Shown here: in pieces, positions 1-8,098 of the stretch
Numbering within the stretch: the stretch's first letter is position 1
How the letters are laid out: each line of letters begins with the position of its first letter
Assembly (NCBI RefSeq): GCF_006345805.1
Contig: NW_021824281.1
Coordinates: 1-19,359, forward strand
Origin: Octopus sinensis
Taxonomy: Eukaryota
Direction of reading: 5' to 3'
Length of the DNA: 19,359 nt
Position numbers and translations under genes: made by a program
The notes under the pieces: generated by a model
Told to the model about the DNA's origin: nothing
Databases searched by the model: none
Seen by the model: only the letters and a program-made list of their open reading frames with translations

Positions 1-3000
1 ACAAACGAGCCTCGTTCACACATCATGCGTCAATTCAAACAAGCCTCGTTCACACATGCGTCCATTCAAACAAGGCTCGTTCACCCGTCATGCGTCCATA
101 CAAACAAGCCTCGTTCACACATCATGCGTCCACACAAACAAGCCTCGTTCACACATCATGCGTCCATACATACACGCCTCGTTCACACATCGTGCGTCCA
201 TTCCAACAAGCCTTGTTCACACATGTGTTCATACAAAGAAGCCTCGTTCACACATCATGCGTCTATACAAACAAGCCTCGTTCACACATCATTCGTCCAT
301 ACAAACAGGCCTCGTTCACACATCATGCGTCCATACATACACGCCTCGTTCACACATCATGCGTCCACACAAACAAGCCTCCACACATCATGCGTCCACA
401 CAAAGAAGCCTCGTTCACACATCATGCGTTCATACAAACAAGGCACGTTCACCCGTCATGCGTCCATACAAACAGGCCTCGTTCACACATCATGCGTCCA
501 TACAAACAAGCCTCGTTCACACATCATGCGTCCATACATACACGCCTCGTTCACACATCATGCGTCCACACAAACAAGCCTCGTTCACACATCATGTGTC
601 CATTCAAACAAGCCTCGTTCACACATCATGCGTCCAAACAACCAAGCCTCGTTCACACTTTATGCGTTCATACAAACAAGCCTCGTTCACACCTCATGCG
701 TTCATGCAAACAAGCCTCGTTCACCGCCATGCGTTCATACAAACAAGGCTCGTTCACCCGTCATGCGTCCATACAAACAAGCCTGGTTCATACATCATGC
801 GTCCACACAAACAAGCCTCGTTCACACATCATGCGTCCACACAAACAAGCCTCGTTCACACATCATGCGTCCATACACGCCTCGTTCACACATCATGCGT
901 CCACACAAAGAAGACTCGTTCCCACATCATGCGTTCATACAAACAGGCCTCGTTCACACATCATGCGTCCACACAAACAAGCCTCGTTCACACATCATGC
1001 GTCCATACAAACAAGCCTCGTTCACACATCATGCGTTCATACAAACAAGCCTCGTTCACACATCTTGCGTTCATACAAACAAGCCTCGTTCACACATCAT
1101 GCGTTCATACATACACGCCTCGTTCACACATCATGCGTCCATACAAACAAGCCTCGTTCACACATCATGCGTCCATACAAACAAGCCTCGTTCACACATC
1201 ATGCGTTCATACAAACAAGCCTCGTTCACACATCATGCGTCCATACAAACAAGCCTCGTTCACCCGTCATGCGTCCATACAAACAAGCCTCGTTCACACA
1301 TCATGCGTCCATACAAATATGCCACGTTCACACATCATGCGTCCATACACGCCTCGTTCACACATCATGCGTCCATACACACAAGCCTCGGTCACACATC
1401 ATACGTCCATACACGCCTCGTTCACACATCATGCGTCCACACAAAGAAGCCTCGTTCACACATCATGCGTACATTCAAACAAGCATCGTTCACATATCAT
1501 GCGTCCACACATAGAAGCCTCCTTCACACATCATGCGTCCATAGAAAGAAGCCTCGTTCACACATCATGCGTCCATACACACAAGCCTCGTTCACACATC
1601 ATGCGCCCATACACGCCTCGTTCACACACGCTTCCACACAAAGAAGCTTCGTTCATACATCATGCGTCCATTCAAACAAGCCTCGTTCACACATCATGCG
1701 TTCATACAAACAAGGCTCGTTCACCCGTCATGCGTCCATACAAATATGCCTCGTTCACACATCATGCGTTCATACAAACAAGCCTCGTTCACACATCATG
1801 CGTCCATACAAACAAGCCTCGTTCACACATCATGCGTCCATACATACACGCCTTGTTCACACATCATGCGTTCATACAAATAAGCCTCGTTCACACATCA
1901 TGCGTCCATTCAAACAAGCCTCGTTCACCGTCATGCGTTCATACAAACAAGCCTCGTTCACACATCATGCGTCCATACAAACAAGCCTCGTTCACACATC
2001 ATGCGTCCATACATACACGCCTCGTTCACACATCATGCGTTCATACAAACAAGCCTCGTTCACACATCATGCGTCCATACAAACAAGCCTCGTTCACCGT
2101 CATGCGTCCATACAAACAAGCCTCGTTCACCCGTCATGCGTTCATACAAACAGGCCTCGTTCACCCGTCATGTGTTCATATAAACAGGCCTCGTTCACAC
2201 ATCATGCGTCCATACAAACAAGCCTCGTTCACACATCATGCGTTCATACAAACAAGCCTCGTTCACCCGTCATGTGTTCATACAAACAAGCCTCGTTCAC
2301 ACATCATGCGTTCATACAAACAAGCCTCGTTCACACATCTTGCGTCCATTCAAACAAGCCTCGTTCACACATGCGTTCATACAAACAAGGCTCGTTCACC
2401 CGTCATGCGTCCATACAAACAAGCCTCGTTCACACATCATGCGTCCATACAAACAAGCTTCGTTCACACATCATGCGTCCATACAAACAGGCCTTGTTCA
2501 CACATCATGCGTTCATACAAACAAGCCTCGTTCACACATCATGCGTCCATACAAACAAGCCTCGTTCACACATCATGCGTCCATACAAACAAACCTCGTT
2601 CACACATCATGCGTCCATACAAACAAGCCTCGTTCACCGTCATGCGTTCATACAAACAAGCCTCGTTCACACATGCGTTCATACAAACAAGCCTCGTTCA
2701 CACATCATGCGTCCATACAAACAAGCCTTGTTCACACATCATGCGTCCATAAAACAAGCCTCGTTCACCGTCATGCGTTCATACAAACAAGCTCGTTCAC
2801 ACCGTCATGCGTTCATACAAACAAGCCTCGTTCACACATCATGCGTTCATACAAACAAGCCTCGTTCACACATCATGCGTCATACAAACAAGCCTCGTTC
2901 AAACATGCGTTCATACAAACAAGCCTCGTTCACACATCATGCGTCCATACAAACAGGCCTCGTTCACACATCATGCGTCCATACAAACAAGCCTCGTTCA

Positions 3001-3095
3001 CACATCATGCGTCCACACAAACAAGCCTCGTTCACACATCATGCGTCCATACACACAAGCCTCGTTCACACATGCGTCCATACATAGATGTTCAT
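1..3095. repeat. 34-bp tandem satellite, about 90 copies (consensus ACAAACAAGCCTCGTTCACACATCATGCGTCCAT), open at the window start
   Basis: Head-to-tail repetition with no spacers. Recurrent variants include CCAT/TCAT, CACAT/CCCGT, and 30-32 bp deletion units (ATACACGCC, CACATGCG, CACCGTC). The three + frame ORFs share one rotating 34-aa period, as expected when three 34-bp units make 102 nt. Confidence 0.97.
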
Positions 3096-3453
3096 ACATT
3101 CAGGGACATGTAATTCAGGGGCAGGTAATTAAGGGGCATGTAATTCAGGGGAAGGTAATCCAGGGGCAGGTAATTATGGGGAAGGTAATTGAGGGGCAGG
3201 TAACTCAGGGGCAGGTAATTCAGGTGCATGTAATTCAGGGGCATGTAATTATGGGAAAGTAATTCAGGGCAGATAATCCAGGGGCAGGTAAATCAGAGGA
3301 ATATAATTCAGGGGCAGGTAATCCAGGGTTACGTATTTCAGGGGCAGGTAATTCAAGTGCATGTAATTCAGGGTCATATAACTCCGGGGCAGGTAATTCA
3401 GGTGCATGTAACTCAGGGGCAGGTAATTCAGGTGCATGTAACTCAGGGGCAGG
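3096..3453 (+). repeat. 15-bp G-rich minisatellite, 24 units (consensus TAATTCAGGGGCAGG / TAATTCAGGTGCATG)
   Basis: Units start with TA every 15 bp, with two 14-bp units. It translates as QG(H/Q/K)VI pentapeptides in the ORF track. The last five units alternate as a 30-bp dimer. Confidence 0.95.
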
Positions 3454-3541
3454 TAAGGGTTGGGTTAGGGGTTGGGGTTGGTTGGGGTTGGGTTTGGGGT
3501 TGGGTTAGCGTTAGGGGTTTGGGGTTGGGTTAGGGTTAGGG
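3454..3541 (+). repeat. Degenerate interstitial telomeric tract (TAAGGG, TTGGG, TTGGGG, TTAGCG, TTAGGG), G-strand on +
   Basis: Read directly; it ends in canonical TTAGGGTTAGGG. TTAGGG is the telomeric repeat of vertebrates and most non-arthropod, non-nematode animals. Confidence 0.9.
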
Positions 3542-3551
3542 TAATATACTC

Positions 3552-3677
3552 TTTCACTGTGACCATGGTGGAGCACCGCCTTTAGTCAAGCAAATCAACC
3601 CCAGGAATTATTCTTTGTATGCCTATTACTTAATGTATAGGTCTCTTTTGCAGAACCGATAAGTTACGGGGACGTAA
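3552..3677 (-). mobile_element. SINE 3'-region fragment, antisense (octopus tRNA/CORE-SINE-like)
   Basis: CACTGTGACCATGGTGGAGCACCGCCTTTAGTCAAGCAAATCAACCCCAGG...AAGTTACGGGGACGTAA matches the other in-window SINE copies and my recollection of the common octopus SINE. The family name is not database-verified. Confidence 0.8.
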
Positions 3678-3914
3678 TGTTCGATATACTGATTTAGTAG
3701 GTATTTATTTATTGTAATAATTTCAATTATCATAAATTATGGGCTAGGAAAATACTAGAAACTTTTTTGATAGACCTATCGGGGCTCCATGAGTGTGTGG
3801 GACTTTTTAATTATGTGAGTGTGGGTATTTTCATTTCAGTGTTTGTGTGTGAGAGTGTTTTTATTTCTGTGTGCGCGAGTGTGTGAGCGACTGAGTGTTT
3901 CTATTTGTTTGTGT

Positions 3915-4020
3915 GTGTGCGACACTTACAACTACAACAAACACTTTGACCATTTGTAAGATACCCACATTTGAGATCACTAAATACTAAATCAAAATGA
4001 GTTCAATTTATTGCACCTTT
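3915..4020. repeat. ~105-bp dispersed module, copy 1 of 4 (others at 6211-6324, 6893-7006 and 8707-8815)
   Basis: Shared GCGACA(C/A)TTACA...AAGATACCCACATTTG...AATTTATTGC, each copy preceded by a GT-rich tract. Confidence 0.9.
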
Positions 4021-4112
4021 ATATATATACACACACACACATGTATGTGTTTGTGTATTTATATGTCGTATATAGCGTCGTATATATATATATATATATA
4101 TCTATATATATT

Positions 4113-4145
<33 letters not shown>

Positions 4146-4200
4146 GTATATATGTATATGTATGTATATATATATATGTATATATACATACAGATATACG
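4021..4200. repeat. (TA)n / (TATG)n / (CA)n compound microsatellite
   Basis: Read directly; it is the source of the Y/I-rich pseudo-ORFs. Confidence 0.95.
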
Positions 4201-4344
4201 TGAATATACCAACACACGTATATGTAGTATCTAAAAGAAAAAAGAAACTGTAAGGGATGGAATGGGAGTTCTTTCCGTTTTATTAAGAAAACTTGCATCT
4301 GTATGTGTGATAGTACGTGCGTGCATTCTCGTGTGCCCTTCGAG

Positions 4345-4474
4345 GGCGAACATACACAGACACACACACACACACACATTTAAACATATATACGACGAGA
4401 TTCTATCAGTTTCCTTCCATGAACCCGAAACCATGTGGTTCGTAAGCAAACTACTTACAACATAGCCATTCCTA
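4345..4474 (-). mobile_element. SINE 5' half (tRNA-like head plus CA/TA linker) with internal deletion, antisense
   Basis: TGAACCCGAAACCATGTGGTTCGTAAGCAAACTACTTACAACATAGCCA is the reverse complement of a head with A-box-like TGGCTATGTTG and B-box-like GGTTCA. It is joined directly to ATACGACG...CAGTTTCC. Confidence 0.75.
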
Positions 4475-4485
4475 CGTCGATATTC

Positions 4486-4643
4486 ATATATACGACGGCT
4501 TCTTTCAGTTTTCCTCTACAAACTCTACTCAGAATACATTGGTCGGCCCTAGGCTATAGTCGAATACACTTGCCGAAGATGCAACGCTGTTGGTTTGAAC
4601 TCAGCACATTGCGGTTCGTGAGCAATCATTCTCACAGAAATGC
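4486..4643 (-). mobile_element. Second SINE 5' half, antisense, more diverged
   Basis: ATACGACGGCTTCTTTCAGTTT...GGTCGGCCCTAGGCTATAGT...ACACTTGCC...TGAACTCAG aligns as the reverse complement of the + copies at 5010-5165 and 5195-5345. Confidence 0.75.
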
Positions 4644-4661
4644 GTGCACAAACAGACACAT

Positions 4662-4855
4662 AATGTCACGGTTTAAAGGTGAACATGTTTAAAACATAAA
4701 TAGCTACGAGTTTGCGTATATGCATGTCTCTATGTGCCTGGGGGCGGGCGTGTGTTTCCAGAATGTCGCAGTTTTAAGGTCAACATATTTAAAACATAAA
4801 TAGGTACGAGATTGCGTCTTTGCATGTATCTATATTCGTGGGTGCGGACGTGTGA
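4662..4855. repeat. Two-copy 100-bp direct tandem duplication
   Basis: AATGTCACGGTTTAAAGGTGAACATGTTTAAAACATAAATAG... at 4662 and AATGTCGCAGTTTTAAGGTCAACATATTTAAAACATAAATAG... at 4762. Confidence 0.9.
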
Positions 4856-5009
4856 GTGTTTGTGCGTGTGTGAGCACAGTCCACCTATACCCAAGCTGGT
4901 TGCATCGTCTCATAAGAACCAGCCGTGAAAGTTCCGGATCACATTAATGAACTCATTTGCATACAAACAATTAGGGCTCCCCTTGAACTTGTCAGGTTAA
5001 CAAACAGTA

Positions 5010-5165
5010 GTGTCTGAATGGGAATTATCTTGCTTACCTAACAAATGTTTTCGAGTTCAGTCCCACTGGGTGGCATGTTGGGCAAATGTCTTCTACTATA
5101 GTCTCGGGCCGACCAAAGCCTTGTGAGTGGATTTGGGAGACGGAAACTAAAAGAAGACTGTCGTA
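5010..5165 (+). mobile_element. SINE 5' half (tRNA-like head plus CORE-like segment), sense
   Basis: B-box-like GAGTTCAGTCCC, CORE-like TTGGGCAAATGTC, then GGCCGACCAAAGCCTTGTGAGTGGATTTGG, ending at a (TA)n linker. Confidence 0.8.
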
Positions 5166-5194
5166 TGTATATATATATATATATGTAGCAGTAA

Positions 5195-5342
5195 GAGTGG
5201 CTATGTAGCTTGCTATCCAAATACGGTGTTTCTGGTTCAGTCCAACTACGTGGCCCCATTGGCAAGTGTCTTCCAATATAGCCTCAGACAGACCAACGTT
5301 TCTGAGTAGATTTGGTACACGGAAACAGAAAGTAGCCCGTGG

Positions 5343-5345
<3 letters not shown>
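5195..5345 (+). mobile_element. Second sense SINE 5' half
   Basis: GAGTGGCTATGTAGCTTGC (A-box-like), GGTTCAGTCC (B-box-like) and TTGGCAAGTGTC (CORE-like), ending at (TA)n. Confidence 0.8.
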
Positions 5346-5424
<79 letters not shown>

Positions 5425-5468
5425 CAGGTATATATTGACAGATATATGTATATACATATAGATATTTA
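5341..5468. repeat. (TA)n(GA)n compound microsatellite / SINE linker
   Basis: Read directly; a related linker occurs at 8059-8156 and about 9745-9836. Confidence 0.9.
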
Positions 5469-5570
5469 AACATATAAGGGATGGCCATAATGGGACATCC
5501 GACTCACTAGAGAGGGCAGTTGAACTCCAAAAATCGTAAAAGTCTGTCATGTCTGAATAATATATTCGAA

Positions 5571-5770
5571 AGTTACTTCCTCTTGCTCATTATAATTTAT
5601 TAAAAGTAATATAATTGTATGTAAGGAAAGTAACTCTGGAAGATGTTATCTAGTTATCTCCCTTCCGAGAGTTAATTTCTTGCATATTTTTTTATTGTTA
5701 AATTATAATATTGAAGGGGAGTAACTGTAGAAGATACTTTGTAGTTATCTCCCTTAAGTATGTAGTTATC
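5571..5770. repeat. Cluster of imperfect palindromic motifs A(A)GGGAAGTAACT-N~14-AGTTATCTCCCT(T); possible non-autonomous DNA-transposon relic
   Basis: Full motifs at 5623-5664 and 5714-5755, with half motifs at 5571 and ~5668. The same motif occurs at 7552-7592, 8378-8560 and 9246-9286. Confidence 0.75.
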
Positions 5771-6316
5771 GTAATATACACTTTGTCGCTCTTAGACTCT
5801 CAGTTATTTCACTGTGACCATGGTGGAGCACTGCCTTTAGTGAAGCAAATCAACCCCAGGAATTATTCCTTGTATGCCTATTACTTAATGTATAGGTCTC
5901 TTTTGCAGAACCGATAAGTTACGGGGACGTAATGTTCGATGTTCTGATTTAGTAGGTATTTATTTACTGTAATAATTTCAATTATCATAAATTAAGGGGT
6001 AGGAAAAATACTAGAAACTTTTTTGATAGACCTATTGGGGCTCCTTGTGTGTGTGGGACTGATTTTATTTATGTGAGTGTGGGTATTTTCATTTCAGTGT
6101 GTGTGAGAGTGTTTTTATTTCTGTGTGCGTGAGTGTGTGAGCGACTGAGTGTTTCTATTTGTTTGTGTGTGCGAGTGTGTGAGCGACTGAGTGTTTCTAT
6201 TTGTTTGTGTGTGTGCGACACTTACAAATGCAGCAAGCACTTTGACCATTTCTAAGATACCCACATTTGAGATCACTAACTACTAAATCAAAATAAGTTC
6301 AATTTATTGCACCTTT
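5771..6316. repeat. Duplicated block A, copy 2, including an antisense SINE 3' fragment at ~5789-5932 and a 42-bp tandem duplication at 6131-6216
   Basis: Colinear with 3541-4020. Confidence 0.92.
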
Positions 6317-6485
6317 AGTGACTTGAGATGTTGCTCATATTTTTCCCATGTGTCGACAATGTATTAAGTTCACAAGTGGATAAAAGAAATTCTCATGCTC
6401 GCGTGGAGGGGGCTGATATTCTAACTGCGAGTGCAAAGGACCCAATGCCCCTTTACATTCTGAATAAATTGTATGTTTGTGCTAG

Positions 6486-6497
6486 TTAGGGTTAGGG
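6486..6497 (+). repeat. Two perfect TTAGGG units (possible telomeric stub)
   Basis: GTTAGGGTTAGGGTTT, same polarity as the two larger tracts. It sits at the boundary between unique sequence and a GT-rich tract. Confidence 0.45.
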
Positions 6498-6499
6498 TT

Positions 6500-6892
6500 T
6501 TATGTGTGAGTGTGTAACTGCGTTTTCATTTCTGTGTGTGGGTGCGTATGTGAGAGTTTGGATGTGTAACTGTCTTTTTCGTTGCTATATGTGTGTGTCT
6601 GTGTGTTTGTGCGTGTGTAGGTATGTAACTGTTTCCATTTCTGTGTTTGTCCGCGTGTTTGAGTGTGTGAATATGTAGCTATGTATTTTCATTTGTGTGT
6701 TTGTGCGTATGTGAGTGTGTGTGTGTGTGTGTGAGTATTGTTTTTCAGTGTTTGTGTACGTGGAACTGTTTTTATTTGTGTGTGTGTGAAAGTGTGTGTT
6801 GGTAGTTTCATTTCAGTGTTTGTGTTTGTGTGAATGTTTTTATTTCTGTGTGTACGTGTGTGTGAGCGACTGTGTTTTTATTCGTTTGTGTG
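6500..6892. repeat. Degenerate GT-rich low-complexity minisatellite (recurring GTAACTG / TTTCATTTC(A)GTGTG words)
   Basis: Read directly; related tracts at ~3805-3915, 6060-6215 and 8570-8710. Confidence 0.8.
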
Positions 6893-7053
6893 TGTGCGAC
6901 AATTACAGCTACAACAAACACTTTAAGCATCTCCAAGATACCCACATTTGCAGATCCCTAAGTTCTAAATGAAAAGAAGTTAAATTTATTGCACCTTTAG
7001 TGACTTCAGATTTGCGAGTGTTAAGCACGCAATGCCTCCCGTATCTACATACC

Positions 7054-7278
7054 TGGATTGGCCATAATTGGCCTCATTCGGAGATCTCTCGGGTGTGGAA
7101 TATTTATAACTATAGAAGTTAACTTGTTACAGGTTTTGTTTATGGCTTAACTTTTGTAGATTTTGGGAAGTTCATAGATCTTACTGGCTTTGCAGTGAAA
7201 TCTAGTCAAGCAATTTGTCTCCTTTTTTGTTAAATCGTGTTGGAACTGGTGAATAAGAGTAGACAGTTTGGTTATTAC
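7054..7278 (-). pseudogene. Degenerate Penelope-like element (PLE) reverse-transcriptase N-terminal fragment
   Basis: Manual translation: VITKLSTLIHQFQHDLTKKETNCLTRFHCKASKIYELPKIYKS*AINKTCNKLTSIVINIPHPRDLRMRPIMANP (75 codons, one stop at 7149-7147). It matches the PLE pattern LTxKExxxL...FYGLPKIHKS...PxDLKLRPIVAGP as I recall it, including the spacing. Recognised by eye; no HMM was run. Confidence 0.75.
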
Positions 7279-7295
7279 CTTCGAACGACTGTAGC

Positions 7296-7408
7296 TGTTT
7301 TACTCCCTGTATTTTAGCTGTTCGGCAAATGAGAATAAGTTAGAATAAATACTAGGCTTACAAAGAAGTGCTGCGGACGATGTGATGGACTAAAGGCGGC
7401 GCTCCAGT
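7296..7408 (+). mobile_element. SINE 3'-region fragment, sense (paralog at ~8989-9110)
   Basis: TAGCTGTTCGGCAAA...TACTAGGCTTACAAAG...GACTAAAGGCGGCGCTCCAG is the reverse complement of the antisense fragments. It truncates the PLE fragment. Confidence 0.75.
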
Positions 7409-7551
7409 ATTTATATATATACATATATACTTACAGATATACGTGTCTATACCCACATACGCATATATACTATATAAAACAAAAAAGAAATTTGATTATG
7501 TCATTATTACTTTATTACAGATATTACAACATGAAACGTATTATATGACGT

Positions 7552-7592
7552 TAGGGAAGTAACTCTAGGAGATATTTTTTGCTATCTCCCTA
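7552..7592. repeat. Single palindromic motif TAGGGAAGTAAC...GCTATCTCCCTA, starting inside a literal TTAGGG (paralog at 9246-9286)
   Basis: Same motif family as 5571-5770 and 8374-8564. Confidence 0.7.
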
Positions 7593-7616
7593 GTGAAGAG
7601 GTCATGGACTTTTCTC

Positions 7617-7929
7617 GTTATTTACTCTTTTACTCTCATTTACTTGTTTCAGTCATGTGACTGTGGCCACGTTGGAGCACGACCTTTAGTCGAGCATATC
7701 GACCCAGGACTTATTCATTGTAGGCCTAGTCTCTTTCGCTGAACCTCTAAGTTATGGGGACGTTGACAGACTAGCATCCGTTGTGTAGCAATGTTTGGGG
7801 ACAAACAGACATACGCACACACACATACACACGTGCACATATATATAAACATATATATGACTGCATTTTTCCAGTTTCCTTCCACCATATCCAATCACAA
7901 GGCTTTGGTCGGCTCGGGGCTATAGTAGA
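7617..7929 (-). mobile_element. Headless SINE (3' tail, body, linker and part of the 5' region), antisense (paralog at 9311-9617)
   Basis: TTTACTCTTTTACTC tail, CAGTCATGTGACTGTGGCC...GGAGCAC, CA/TA linker, then CACAAGGCTTTGGTCGGCTCGGGGCTATAGTAGA. Confidence 0.85.
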
Positions 7930-7939
7930 TTTTTCAAAA

Positions 7940-8046
7940 GATGCTGGTGTGTTTTCCTCCCTGTATTTCAGCGGTTCGGCAGAAAAGAATAAGTTAGAAT
8001 GAATACTAGGCTTAGAAAGAATAAGTGCTGCTGACGATGTGCTCGA
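7940..8046 (+). mobile_element. SINE 3'-region fragment, sense, abutting the antisense copy (paralog at 9628-9735)
   Basis: GATGCTGGTGTGTTT...AGCGGTTCGGCAG...TACTAGGCTTAGAAAGAATAAG...TGCTCGA. Confidence 0.75.
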
Positions 8047-8058
8047 AGAAGATAGATT

Positions 8059-8098
<40 letters not shown>

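Larger units (their letters stand above)
3541..4020. repeat. Duplicated block A, copy 1 (paralog of 5771-6316)
   Basis: Colinear alignment by eye from GTAATATAC through the SINE fragment and GT-rich linker to ATTTATTGCACCTTT. Copy 1 lacks paralog bases 5785-5809 and a 42-bp tandem duplication. Confidence 0.92.

Noticed and set aside
1-3095. CRISPR array (34-bp repeat length)
   Set aside because: The units are contiguous with no unique spacers, there are no cas genes, and the context is eukaryotic.
25-3262. Long His-rich ORFs (1020, 898, 474, 291 and 151 aa) as protein-coding genes
   Set aside because: All frames give rotations of the same 34-aa unit from a stop-free 34-bp monomer, with frequent frame-shifting indels and no unique N- or C-terminal domain.
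4952-4962. Octamer motif CTCATTTGCAT upstream of the SINE heads
   Set aside because: A single 8-mer is expected by chance in a window this size, and no accompanying PSE or TATA arrangement was found.
5010-5270. tRNA genes
   Set aside because: The A/B-box-like sequences belong to SINE heads and continue into CORE-like SINE body. I could not fold a cloverleaf.
6325-6470. Possible further minus-strand exon (TTTATTCAG|AATGTAAAGGGGCATTGGGTCC..., reading CKGALGP)
   Set aside because: The acceptor is plausible, but the frame closes without a convincing donor or a recognisable Cys spacing.
8024-8050. Hammerhead ribozyme core (CTGACGA...CGAAG; also CTGATGT on the minus strand of the 65-mer), considered because PLEs and some satellites carry hammerheads
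   Set aside because: There is no GAAA and no stem II, the first site is a mutated SINE segment, and the 65-mer has CTGATGT rather than CTGANGA.
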